A DNA stretch of 64,000 nt, from positions 59,024,001-59,088,000 of the forward strand of contig CM126204.1 in NCBI GenBank assembly GCA_052327205.1, read 5' to 3'. The position numbers and the translations under genes were made by a program. Position 1 is the stretch's first letter. Each line of letters opens with the position of its first letter. The stretch comes from Somniosus microcephalus. Its lineage: Eukaryota. Of this stretch, positions 12,701-24,658 are shown in pieces. The notes under the pieces are model-generated. The model saw nothing but the letters and a program-made list of their open reading frames with translations. It did not search any database and was not told the origin of the DNA.

Positions 12701-14192
12701 AAGTGTCACTACACAGTAGCCACCGACGTCCGCTGACTGGGCTTTGGAAGCCAAAGAGATCCGATGGCGCGTCGGCAGGACCGGCAGAGAGTAACTGCGC
12801 ACCGTGTCGGGGTGGATAAAGCTCTCTGTGCTCCCGTTGTCAAAAAGGCAGGTAGTGGCGCGGCCGTTTACCGTAATGTCCATCATGGACCTGGACAGTT
12901 GATGAGGGAGAGATTGGTCCAGCGTCACGGAGGCCAGCGTATGGTCGAGCGAGTCGATGTGGTCGTCAGATGAGGCGGTGGTTGAGTCCGGGTCCCCCGT
13001 GGTTGAAGTTGGGGACGTCCAAGATGGCGGACAAAATGGCGGCGCCCATGATCCCGATCCCCACGCGGCTGGGGGAGCCCAAGATGGTGGACAAGATGGC
13101 TGCCCCCACGGTTCACACGCGACGCTGCTGGCGTTAGCGGTTTTACCTTTGCAGGCGCTGACATAGTGTCCTTTCTTCCCGCAGCCGGAGCAGGTAGCGT
13201 TTCTCGCCGGGCAGCGTGCTCTGGGGTGTTTTGCCTGGCCACAAAAATAACATTTCTGTGCCTTGGACATCGCAGCAGCAGTTGAAGGTGGCGGTCCCAT
13301 GACCCAAGGTTGTGGCGTCCACGTTGCGGAGCGGTTAGGGGAGAAGGCGTCCATATTCCTGTGGGCCGCATCGAGCGAGAGGGACACTGCCTTTCTCAGG
13401 TCCATTTCTCCCTTTTCCAACAGTCTCTGCCGGGAGTAGTCGGACCTTAGACCCGCAACGAAAGCATCTCGGATCAGTCCCTCCGTGTGTGCTGCGGCTG
13501 ATACTTCTTTGCAATCGCAGCCTCGGCCGAGTATCCGTAGTGCCCGTAGGAAGGCCTCCACCGATTCCCCGGGCTGCTGTCTGTGGGATCTTAAGAGGTG
13601 CCTGGCATAGACCGTATTTACCGGGCGTGCGTATTGCCCTTTTAGCAGATCGATAGCCGCCGCGTAGGTCGTCGCGTCCTGGATTATTGTATAAACTTGG
13701 TGGCTCACCTTTGAGGCCAGGATTTCCAACTTGTTTTCGTCCAGGGTCACAGTTGAGGCTTGCAGGTAGGCCTCGAAGCAACGCAGCCAATGCGCAAATT
13801 TGGTAGCCGAACCCGCTTCTTGGGGGTCTAGATCCAGGCATGTTGGTCTGAGGGCTCGCAGCAGCTCCTGCTGCTCAGCGTTTGGTGCAGCAGCCTGCTG
13901 CTCAGCGTTTGTTGTCGACATTTTGTTTTTGCTAATAAAATTGATGCGCTATCAATTACTCATAAAAGACGGAGAGTTAGGAGAGTAACTAAAGGCTTTT
14001 ATTAGCAAAGAACAGAGCATGTCTCTCGTGGTTGACTGGGTTCCAAGAAGGCAGGGGGCTGCAGAGCGGTCACCTTTATACCTGGGCCTGTGGGTGGAGC
14101 CAGGGGCGGAGCCAGCAGAGACATGCTGAGGCATGTATAGGTACAACAGTGTGCAACAACAACAACAACAACAATAACAGTGGTTTACCACA
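9711..14192 (-). mobile_element. Gypsy/Ty3 LTR retrotransposon A, full length
   Basis: LTRs 13942-14192 (5') and 9711-9958 (3'), TG...CA on minus strand; TSD gctgc at 9706-9710 and 14193-14197; PPT 9959-9968; single gag-pol ORF. Confidence 0.97.
10001..13921 (-). CDS. Gag-Pol polyprotein, 1306 aa (2x CCHC, protease, RT, RNase H, integrase)
   Basis: CYFCGQAKH..C, CSGCGKKGH...C, LFDNGS, SPWRAQVVVV, YLDN, ESDASD, HHCC, VDFKG/HSDRG/QVER. Confidence 0.93.
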   Translation of the reverse strand: MSTTNAEQQAAAPNAEQQELLRALRPTCLDLDPQEAGSATKFAHWLRCFEAYLQASTVTLDENKLEILASKVSHQVYTIIQDATTYAAAIDLLKGQYARPVNTVYARHLLRSHRQQPGESVEAFLRALRILGRGCDCKEVSAAAHTEGLIRDAFVAGLRSDYSRQRLLEKGEMDLRKAVSLSLDAAHRNMDAFSPNRSATWTPQPWVMGPPPSTAAAMSKAQKCYFCGQAKHPRARCPARNATCSGCGKKGHYVSACKGKTANASSVACEPWGQPSCPPSWAPPAAWGSGSWAPPFCPPSWTSPTSTTGDPDSTTASSDDHIDSLDHTLASVTLDQSLPHQLSRSMMDITVNGRATTCLFDNGSTESFIHPDTVRSYSLPVLPTRHRISLASKAQSADVGGYCVVTLSVRGTEYKNFKLLVLPHLCAAVLLGLDFQCHLKSITLAYDRPLPPLTVCSQQLLNRPPRTICSLSTLKAPPPSLSANLTGDCKPIATKSRRYSAGDRSFIKSEVARLLKEGIIESSTSPWRAQVVVVKTGEKQRLVIDYSQTINRYTQLDAYPLPRISDMVNQIAQYRVFSTIDLKSAYHQLPIRAEDRQYTAFEADGRLYHFLRVPFGVTNGVSVFQREMDRMVDQNALQATFPYLDNVTICGHDQQDHDVNLEKFLHKAQRLNLTYNKDKCMFRTKRLAILGCVVENGVIGPDTDRMRPLMELPLPHCQKALKRCLGFFSYYAQWVPNYADKARPLIKSTSFPLAAEACAAFTLIKRDIARATMHAVDESITFQVESDASDFALAATLNQAGRPVAFFSRTLQGPEIRHSSVEKEAQAIVEAVRHWRHYLAGKRFTLLTDQRSVAFMFNNKQRGKIKNDKILRWRIELSTYNYDILYRPGKLNEPPDALSRGTCANAQVDRLKTLHNDLCHPGVTRFFHFIKSRNLPYSIEEVRTMTRNCQICAECKPHFYRPDRASLIKATRPFERLSVDFKGPLPSSDRNVYFRNIIDEYSRFPFAIPCSDMTSTTVIKCLNDLFALFGFPSYIHSDRGSSFMSDELRQYLLARSIATSRTTSYNPRGNGQVERENATVWKAVLLNLKSKGLPTSHWQEVLPAALHSIRSLLCTATNATPHERMFSFPRKSTSGISLPTWLTSPGPVLLRKHVRSHKTDPLVERVSLLHANPQYAYVVYPDGREDTVSIRDLAPSGAPETPPSPPTTTHAYPQYAYVAYPDGREDTASTRDLAPSGVPETLPLPSTTTLNPTPLDGMPQPQDPSLTTQPLNETPDSTLDAAPSPPLPRRSGRHTRPPDRLTYTNL

Positions 14193-15859
14193 GCTGCTGC
14201 CTCCCCCAGTGTAAGTGGTTGTTTCAGCGCTTCCTGTGAGCCAGGAGGAACAGGAGTGCTCCTCCGAGGCCCCTCAAGGAAGCTTTCAGCCTCCCCAGCC
14301 CCGATTGCCAGACTCCCCACCCCAGGCTTGATCGTCAGCCTTCCGCCACCCCCCCCAACCTGCAGCCCCGATTGCCAGCCTCCCCCCCCCCCACCAAGAC
14401 CCGATCTCAAGACACCCACCCAACCCTCCCGATTGGAGGCCTCTAATACCTTCCCAATTGCCGACCTCTCCCCCCTTCCCGATTGCCGACCTCCTCTCCT
14501 TCCCATTCCGGGGACCATCCCCAAGGGCCCCCGGCTGCAGTCACCTGCCACGAGTGTTCCGTCCCGCTCGCCGGACAGGCTGTTCATTTGGCTGGCTGCT
14601 AGACGGGAGGCAGAGCTACAGGATGGTAACGAGGCCCTGCCGTTAAGATCGGCAGGACCTCTGCCTCTCCGGCCTTGCCAGGTTCATCGGCCATTTTTAG
14701 CCTCACCCGCACTCTCCCCATAAATATCGGGTCCATAGTGCTGCATATTACGTATGGGGGCTGATAATACCCTTTCTGTATGAGAGCTCTTTATTATTGG
14801 GCTCAGAAGCCTAAGGCCTACTGGAGGTGAAATTGCTCAATGCCATTAGAGACAATTGGGCTGATTGCAAATTGGCAGCCCGTTTTACACCAGGCCCAAT
14901 TTTCTTTTCCATTGTAAAACGGGCAACTGATCGCTATTTATCGATTTTGCATTACTGGCATTGATCAGATGGACCCCCACTCAGTGCCCAATGTGATAAG
15001 TGCTTGGAGTCTGTACAAGGCTTATTGAGGTCCACATATCATGTAAATTAAGAGGCGTCCCTATAAAGCCGCTGGGGAGCCTTAGCAGTGTTGTAAGATG
15101 CTGACCTCCCATTCCCAGTGGGTGTTTCAGGGGTCACCCACTTTAAAAATGCTAAAATTTACACTTGAGTGGCTTTTCCTTTAATAGAGGCTGCCCTTTA
15201 CTTTTCCCTCCAATGGCCAATTCTTCGAAGGGAACTTTTGCGCCGCTCAGCTTTGAAATTAAACACAAATGGCAACACTTCAAAAGTACCCAGCAACCCT
15301 CCAGCCCCCACCACATGTGCAACTCCTAACGTGTGCTAAGTGTCACAAAAATATTTATATGACATTACCTCACATTATTGTGCAAGTTCAGCTGAGTAGG
15401 GCGGAGACGCATACAAGTGGGAGCACATTACTTGCTCCATTGTATGCTGCATATAATACATAGTTATACATAACTTATTGTTTATTATTATAATATATAT
15501 AAGCCTGAAATGCAAGGTTTTCTTGGGTGAGTTGGGATTTCAGACGTATATAGGTTTACTCCTGAGCCACTTTGCCCATATTGCACTGGTTTGAATCTGG
15601 CAAGCTTCATCGGGACATCTGTTTGGGATGGGCAATGTGCCGATTCTATTTAAATGAGGCCCAGGTGTCAAAGTGGCCACGGCTTCTTTGCTCCCGGCCA
15701 GAGTGTTCCGCCGGTTGGTTGCGCGAAATTTAAAATCTATGCCCCTTTGGGTATTCCTACTGTGTTCCATGATTTGGATGAGGCTGACAAGTTCAGATGC
15801 AATAACCCCTTTGATGTTATGTCTGTACCTGTCACTGCACCAGGGTCCACATACAAGCC

Positions 15860-16670
15860 CTGACACTCCTTACCTAGGTGTGTCAGAGGAGACCTGTTTT
15901 TGTTGTCCTTGCTTCACAAGAGAGGCTGTCACTGAGCTATGCTATCTGCTCCCAGCTGACCTGCAGATAACGTCTTGAACAGGGATGCACTTCCTAAAGC
16001 TGCAAAGGTTACAACAGCATTGAGCTTTTACACGACGGAATCCTTCCAAACCACTACAGGAATACCTACCAAATCAGTCAGTGTGCAGGCCATAAATGTA
16101 TGTAACAGATACCACGTTTATTGAGAGCAACATATTCATCATTTACCTTTGGAATAGAGGCACAAAGCTGGATAGAGCTCAAATCCTTCACTGGGTGGCA
16201 TGATTCCCAAGAGTTCAAAATAGAAATACCCATGTGGGCAACAGAACTCCATGTTAACCCCATTGCCAATTTAAACAGAGAGACTTCCATTTTATTAATA
16301 TTTAGATGATGTCTGACCATAGAAACATAGGATGAATCATTGTCCATTACCCAAGAAGCAGCCATGACGTCTTTATTATGTGAAAGTGCATGGGGCCTAC
16401 ATTATTTCAAAGTTCACATAGATTGGGTTGCTGGGAGACCAGGTCTCTCTTCTGCAGACTTGGTTGATGACCTCACTGAGATAATAACCAACGGCTGCTG
16501 CGTATTGCATCACTTTGTAAGCCGAAGAGAAGTCACGATGCAGCAGGATGAAGAGGAGGGAACCCAGTGCAGCAGTACTACAGGAGAAAGTGGATGAGGA
16601 GAAAATGGAGGAAGCAGAGTTGCAGCAAGGAGGATTGGTGTGGCAAGCACTCACTGCTTCCATTAATTTC
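15860..16670 (+). pseudogene. Decayed Harbinger (HARBI1-like) transposase
   Basis: FTREAVTELCYLL.ADLQ; ALSFYTTESFQ; IITNGCCVLHHF plus acidic tail, in shifting frames. Confidence 0.7.
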
Positions 16671-17008
16671 TAGATCCAGGTTCTGCATTAGTATTGCCAA
16701 CCAATGAAAACTACTGGGACCTCCTGAGGTCGTGAAAGGCGCTATGTAATTGCAAGTTCTTTCTTTCTTTACACACAGTATCCCCAGAAACAGCATGCTG
16801 TAGACTTACATCTATTGTAAATTAACTGCCATTTTACACTATCCAACTATCAGTTGGAACCATTCCATGCAGCTTGCAATTCACTTTCACTGGAAGGTGG
16901 CCTTCCTCTCCTTCTTTGTTGCATTAGTACCCCAATGCCTTGTCAATTCTCCCCATATGTTCCTCAGCTCCATTGCAGCTTCTACCAAACATTCTTCTCT
17001 AAAGGCAG

Positions 17009-20000
17009 TGTGGTGTATGTAACCTGTACCACCTTAAGAGACTACCTTAAGAGATGGACTACTTTCTCTTGGCTACTGTATATTGTAGTACCGGTGGTGA
17101 CCACACCGGTATATAAACTCTGTGTAGTAATTTGCTAAGCAGTTCAGCCCTGACCTTCGATTAGTAAAGACCTGTTTAAGTTATTCTTGTTGTCTGTGTC
17201 CAGTGATTTAGAATAAGCATATCTGGGACACTCAGACTCAACAGTGGCGACGGGTCCGATCTTACCCTGCGGCAGTTTTGCATCCAAGGCAGCTTCATCC
17301 TCAGAACGGGCGTCGAGAAGAGGCATCCGCCCTCATCAGCCTGCTGAGCACCGCATCGCACGGGAGGCATCGAGAACCCGGGTTGAAATTACTGACCACG
17401 AAGTCCTCCATCAGCGACAGGCAGTGATCATCCTTCTACCACGGTGGTGGGTAAGCCGATCTAGCGACACGGGCAGAAAGTCGGCCGCGTTGTCAGTGGA
17501 GAAGGGGAGGGAAACCGGAGGAAAAAGGGCGGAGAACTCGACCGCAGCCAATGTAAAGGGCCGGGCTGCAATCGGGGCCGAGAGGCGCAGCGACAAGGGC
17601 AGTGTTAATGCCACGAGAACCGCGGAGAACTCGACCGCAGCCGGTGTAAAGGGCCGGGCTGCAATCGGGGCTGAGAGGCGCAGCAACAAGGGAAGCGTTA
17701 ATGCCCACGAGAACCGCAGGGGAACAAAAGCAGCGTCGGGGAAATTAAGAACCGCTGGGAGGCGAGAACGGCAACAGCGCGGTAATCACCATTGTAGCCA
17801 GCGGGGGAAGAAGACCAGCGCGGGATGCCGCCATTGTAGTCGGCGGGGGAAGAAGACAAGCGCGGGAAAAGCCGCCAAGCGCGGGAAGCCGCCATTTTAG
17901 TAGGCGGGGGAAGAAGACAAGCGTGGGAAGCCGCCATTTTGGGAAAATAAAATATTTAAAGAAACTCTCAAGGATGCCTAAACACGGTAACATCACTGCT
18001 TTTGATAGCGATGTCGAAGATTGGGCCACGTATGTAGAGTGCATTGGAGTTTATTGTACAGCAAATGAGGTACCAGATGATAAGAAAGCAATAACCTTAT
18101 TAAACTCAATGGGTGCGAAGACGTACGGGTTATTGAGGCACCTTGTAACACCAGATAAACCGGCGGATCAGACTTTCGCGAATATTGTTACTATCCTGCA
18201 AGAACATTTAAACCCCACGCTGCTGCTGATAGCAGAACGATTTAAATTTTACAGAAGAACGCAGCTGAAAGAGGAAAGCAACGCTGAATTCTTAATTGAA
18301 CTGCGCAAGCTATCAAAGTACTGTCAGTTTGGTACAGGACTAGCAGACGCTCTGAGAGATAAATTCATGTGTGGATTACTAAAAGAAGGAACTTAAAAGC
18401 GACTGCTAGAGGAAAAGGACCTTACGCTTGATAAAGCTGTCACCATTGCAGCATCGCACGAGGCCACAGCAAGAGGCACCGCGGAAATGCAGCTAAGGTC
18501 ATCGGAACTCAGCACCAATCGAATGGCATTGGGTGCAGTAAAGTGTTATCGTTGCGGAAGGACAACGCATGATCAGAACCAGTGCTGGTTCAAAAATCAG
18601 GAATGCAGAAAATGTGGCAGGCTAGGTCACATAGCTAAAGTATGCCGGTCAGGAAAGAAGACCAGCAACAAAAAGTCACCGCAGGAAAAGTGCAAAAAGG
18701 TACACAAGGTGACAGAGAACAGTTCGGATGAACAGAAGACGGATTCAGACTCCAGCAGTAAGGAACTGGGTTGTCTAAGAATACATAATGTGGGTAACAC
18801 AGCAGACCACCAAACTATCTGGGTCACACTTCAGATAGCAGGAGTCCAAGTGAAGATGGAATTGGACACTGGATCAGCATTGACGGTCATGAATAAGCAA
18901 GATTACAAAAGGTTATTTCCACACATTCCCCTAAGGGATACGGAGATTGTATTGAAAACATACATGGGGCAAAGAGTATACCCCATCGGAAAGATAAAGG
19001 TAAAGGTGGTCCACAAGGGTAAAGAAAGCCGAGGAATGGACTTATATGTGTTACCTGAGGGAGGTCCACCACTACTGGGACGGGAGTGGATCAGGAGAAT
19101 AAATATGGACTGGCATTCCTTAAAAGCACTAACTGTAGATTCCGGTAAAAAGGACGATGTCAAACCTAAATGACTGTTCAGAATATTGGACGATGCTAAA
19201 GAGGTGTTCCAGCAGGGACTGGGAACACTGAAAGGAATTACGGCAAACATCAAGGTTGAAGAACATGCAAACCCGAAATTTTTCAAAGCTAGACCGGTAC
19301 CTTATGCGATACGACCTGCTGTGGAAGCTGAGCTGGAGGGACTAGAACGTTCCGGAGTACTGTCAAAGGTGGACTGGAGTGAATGGGCTACACCCATTGT
19401 TCCCGTCATGAAGCGTTCATCGAGTAACAAGCCGGGGGAACTGGGGAAGGTTCGCATCTGTGGCGATTTCAAGATCACTGTTAATCCGGTGCTTCACATG
19501 GTGCAATATCCGCTTCCACGGATTGAGGATATCTTCGCTTCGTTGTCTGGCGGGAAACACTTCACCAAGATAGACCTGGCGCAGGCGTACTTACAGATGG
19601 AAGTTGATGAAGCGTCACGCCAGTATCTCACGATCAACACGCATAAGGGCTTATATCGGTATAATAGACTGGTTTTTGGAGTGGCATCGGCTCCAGCGAT
19701 TTGGCAAAGGGCCATGGAGCAGGTATTACATTACATGGACAACATTCTGATTACAGGAGATGATGATGAGGAACACCTTACAAATTTGGAACAGGTGCTC
19801 ACCAGATTGAAAGAGGGGCTTCACAAGTCACCTGACAAGATCGAAGCTGTTGTGAAGGCTCCCGCTCCAGAGAATGTATCCCAGTTGAGGTCGTTCCTAG
19901 GGTTGATTAACTATTACCATAAGTTTCTGCCAAATTTATCCACGGTGCTACACCCGCTGAACACTCTTTTGCAGAAGGGAGTGCCATGGAAGTGGAGCGA

Positions 20001-22143
20001 GGACTGTAAGCGGGCCTTTCACAAAAGCAAGGCATTGATCACCTCTAAGGAAGTGTTGGCTCACTTTAACCCAACGCTGCCTATTCGTTTAGCTTGTGAT
20101 GCTTCTCCATATGGTATTGGGGCAGTGCTCTCACATAAGTTGCCAAATGGCTTGGAAAGACCAGTTGTGTTCGCATCCAGATCATTGACCTCCGCTGAGC
20201 GCAACTATGTTCAGATAGATAGGGAGGCTCTCAGCCTTGTGTGGGGAGTAAAAAAATTTAATCATTACCTGCAAGGGCAAAGGTTTATGCTGCTGACAGA
20301 CCACCAGCCGTTGGTTTCCATTTTTAACCCTAAGAAGGGTGTTTCGGTGATGACAGCACAGAGGCTCCAGAGATGGTCCCTTTTCCTAGGGGCACATCAA
20401 TATCAGATCGAATTCAAAGGTACAAAGCAACATGGTAATGCTGATGGGCTGTCACGCCTGCCACTACCTACAGCGGAAGAGGCACCGACAGTTGACCCTG
20501 TTGAGTTATTTCACTCGACCATCATCGAATGTTTACCAGTCACCAATGCAAGTATTGAGAGAGAAACCAGGAACGACCCGACACTGTCTCGGGTCTACGA
20601 ATTGACAGTGAAGGGATGGCCAGCTCATGGTGAACCACTGTTACCGGCATTCTCAGCCAGATGAGAACAGCTGTCCGTCTGTCAAGGAACATTGATGTAT
20701 CGAACAAGGGTGATTATTCCTCCTAAATTAAGGGAGAGAGTTCTAAAGGAACTGCATGAAGGTCATCTGGGGGGAGTCAAGATGAAAAGCCTTGCTAGGG
20801 CTTATGTGTGGTGGCCAGGTATCGACCAACAAATAGAGGATCTGACTAAAAGCTGCTCAGGGTGCCAAAAAGTTCAAAATGCACCTCCAATTGCACCGCT
20901 GCATCCATGGGAATGGCCTTCAACCCCATGGCAACGTGTACATATTGACTTCGCAGGTCCATTCATGGACTCCATGTTTTTAATTGCGGTAGATGCACAT
21001 TCTAAATGGCCAGAAGTGATTAAGATGGTGACCACTACCTCGGAAAAGACGATCGCAGTTCTAAGAACGATATTCGCAAGAAATGGATTGCCAGAACAAA
21101 TATGTTCAGACAACAGACCGCAGTTCGTGTCAGAAGAATTCCAGAAGTTCATGAAGAAGAATGGGGTGAAACATTATACCTCTGCCCCATATCATCCGGC
21201 TACAAATGGGTTGGCCGAGAGATTTGTACAAACGTTCAAAAAGGCGATAAAGGCCATGAGCGAAGACCAGATTCCACTACAACACAAGGTGGACAATTTC
21301 CTAATGGCATATCGAAACGCCACTCATGCAGTGACAAATCAAAGCCCTGCCATGATGTTCTATAACAGGAGGTTGCGGTCCAGGTTGGACTTGTTAAAAC
21401 CAAATGTGCGGAGGGAAGTCGAAAACAAACAGTTCCAGCATATAAATAACAAGACCACTCGGAGTTTCGAAATAGGACAACCAGTGTTAGCCCGGGACTA
21501 TAAGAATGAGAAATGGCAATCTGGAACAATTCGTGCCAGACAAGGACCCCTGATGTACACGGTGGATATTGGTGAAAACGTAATACGACGTCATGCTGAC
21601 CAACTTGTAGAATCAAGAACAAGGGTCGAACCCATGACTACGACAGAGACACCAGTGGAAGAAGTTAGTGAAACTGAAGCATCTACCTCAGACGCCAATG
21701 TACCTGATGATGTCCAATCCATAAGAGATCAACTAGATGAGTCACCCCAGCAACGAGAATCAGAGACCCCTGAAAGGCGTTATCCAACTCGGATCAGGAG
21801 GCCTCCTCAGAGACTGAATCTTTGAACAGTTTTGCATGAAGTTGTATATATGTTATCCATGTTATGTTTAAATTGGGATGTACACTGTTAAGCTAAAAAG
21901 GGAGGAATTGTGGTGTATGTAACCTGTACCACCTTAAGAGACTACCTTAAGAGATGGACTACTTTCTCTTGGCTACTGTATATTGTAGTACCGGTGGTGA
22001 CCACACCGGTATATAAACTCTGTGTAGTAATTTGCTAAGCAGTTCAGCCCTGACCTTCGATTAGTAAAGACCTGTTTAAGTTATTCTTGTTGTCTGTGTC
22101 CAGTGATTTAGAATAAGCATATCTGGGACACTCAGACTCAACA
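17009..22143 (+). mobile_element. Gypsy LTR retrotransposon B1 (Mag-like), defective
   Basis: 235-bp LTRs 17009-17243 and 21909-22143; TSD ggcag; PBS tggcgacg at 17245; PPT aaaaagggagga. Confidence 0.97.
17974..21825 (+). pseudogene. gag-pol of B1 with three in-frame stops and two RT deletions
   Basis: ORF pieces 17923-18396, 18487-19173, 19186-20664 and 20692-21825 share one frame; ELDTGS, RICGDFK, ACDAS, HIDFAGP. Confidence 0.93.
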
Positions 22144-24658
22144 GGCAGAAAGAGCTGCTGTGTGGAAAATATCAGGTGGCTAATCGGGCCTTCTGCGACA
22201 TACAGAATGCCAAAGGAACTCTATGACTCATGCAGTGCAGAACTTCAAGCAGACAGGAAGAATACTCCTTCAGACCATCTTACCTGACACACTGCAGATC
22301 TTATCACTCACATGGAACCAAATGCTGTTAAACATATCACTGATGTTCCATCAGAACTCTGTTTTCATCGCAACATTCATTTTACAGCATATTTGATCTT
22401 AAAATAAAATGACTTATGAACTGAATCTTTAAAGTTTACACAAAAAATATATTTGGTGGATTGTTAATTTTGGTGCTACCAAATGTTCTTTAATCTCAAA
22501 TTGAAAAGTGACAATTCTATGCTTTGGTCCCAGTCCATCCCTTGTATCATTACTTACAGTTAATTGTAAAGTGACCGACAGTCTCTATCCTATACTCTTG
22601 AACTAGATATGAATTCAGACCTCCAGCGATTAAAAAGTACTGACTTAAAGTACCGTGTAGAGCCTCTAATCTTAAATCAAATAACCCAAGGCAAGCTTGG
22701 CCACACCACAATCTGGCTTCAATCAACTATAGACAGCAACTGCTGTGCAAGAATCTGACATGCATTTAGCGGCAGCAAACAGAGCAGGAAGGCTTCCTTC
22801 GCCCTTGCTGGGGCAGAAGGTACTATATACAGGCACCAATAACCACAGGCTCACTTTTGGTTTATGCTATCTACCACTGTGACGTCAATCAGATCAAATC
22901 GTGCAATCTCACTGATAAAGAAGGAAGAGCGCCAAGCTGTAATAGCCTGGTGATTGAAACCTGGTGATACCACCTTCCTCTGATTAAATGTGCAAAAACC
23001 AGAGGCTGATAAAAACTGTAATAGCAAATCTACGTTCTTTTTAAAATTTGAAAATGACTATTGTTGGAAGATAATTTCTCACAGTACTTGTTTATTTTCA
23101 GGTCACCTGTTGCTACAGGTTGTACTCTGGCTCTAGGAAACAGGTAGGTTTCAGGCCCAAGCCTCATCTATATGCTGCCAGTCTACTTACCGCCTGGAAT
23201 GGGTGGGAAGAGAGTGCAGAGCAGCAGCCAACAGACAAAGATGGGACTAACAAGGGTCACCCACCGTCTTCCAGGTAAGTGGCCCCATCAGGAAAATTTC
23301 TCACCTACCTGGAGGGCCTCTTTATCTTTCCCACTTGCTTCAGCCTGGCAGGAAAGCCACGGTGGCTTCCATGCTCAGGCCCCGGTTAAAATGCCACAGG
23401 AGTCCTATTGGCATCATAGATCTCCGATTAGCATTAATGCATGAGTCTCCCGCCCAAGTCCAGCGGGCTCCTCATCCGCCGCCAAAGCCTGTGGTATTAA
23501 AATTGGAGATTGACGGGAATAGAGGGGGAAATGGAGCCAGTCCATTTTAACTGCTGGCCCACTCCATTCCTGCCCAGCGGGGTGAGTTGAAATTCCCCCC
23601 GTGTGACTATTTGGCCCCCTCATTATAATGCAATGGCCTACATGAACAGAAGGATTTCAACTCCATCAATGTACAGTTGGTGTTTTAGACCAGCACCCTA
23701 TCACTCAGGTCAATGCCTGCTTCCAGTCAGTTTCCGCCAGGCTTTTGTTACAGGCCAATTATTTGTGTGAGGCTTTTTTAAAGGTGAAGAGAAACTAGAA
23801 GCGTGGTTCCAGGGAGACCAAAGATATCTGTTGTGTATGTACCTTTAAGGGAATAACTGGTCTCAGACTGCAGTACCGGCAGTGACCACCCCTGTATAAA
23901 AGGCGCTAGCAAGCCTCTGTAGATTCAGTTTCCCGATTGACTCCATTCAGTAAAGACTTGTTTAAATCAACTCCTGCTGCCCGTGTCTCAATTGTACATG
24001 GACATAATATTGGCGACGAGCAGATACGAACTTACCTACAGTCTGCACCACCTCCTGGGATCCATTCCTGAAGCGAAGTGAGCAGAGGTCGAGGCCAGAA
24101 GGAAGAAAGAAGCAGTAGAAATGGGCGTCGACCATGGGCATCCGCCCCTGAGTCAGCGGAGTTGAAGATTGCTGGAGAAGCTGTCGAGAGTGGGGCCTGG
24201 TTCCTGTTGACGGTGCTTCAGCTAATCGGGCTGGTGGCAGGTAGTACACTGATCCTTCCTGGGCTGCGGCGGTCGCGAACTCGAGTGGGTGAATTGCAAC
24301 GGGGCCGAGCAGCGTTGTCGGGAAGAGGAGAGAGAGAGAGGGTGGAGCACACAGGGCGCGGCCGGTGCTACGAAGCCGGGCAGCGTACGGACCCGAGAAG
24401 AGGGAGGCAAGAGTCCCACAGGGTTGTTCCACGACGGGAAAATAATAAAAAAAGAAATATTAAACGCGCAGGAAAACATGAGGAGCTGCAGGTTGCAACG
24501 GAAACCGCAGAAAGCAGTGCTAGCAACAGCGGGGAAGAAGGCAAAGTGCGGGAGGCGCCATCTTAATCAGCGGGGAAGAAGGCAAAGCGCGGGAGGCGCC
24601 ATTTTGTTCAATCGGGAAAGAAGGCAAAGCGCGGGAGGCGCTATTTTAGATTTTCAAG

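Larger units (their letters stand above)
8745..14734. mobile_element. PIF/Harbinger-like MITE hosting a CR1 tail, a second MITE and Gypsy A
   Basis: Imperfect TIRs ggcatggatatt...aatatcgggtcc flanked by ATA/ATA 3-bp TSD. Confidence 0.55.

Noticed and set aside
13952-14723. Gly/Pro-rich ORFs of 211 and 155 aa
   Set aside because: They span an LTR junction and a C-rich minisatellite-like MITE interior.
17780-17945. CRISPR-like repeat array
   Set aside because: Eukaryotic context; degenerate tandem units without unique spacers; no cas genes.
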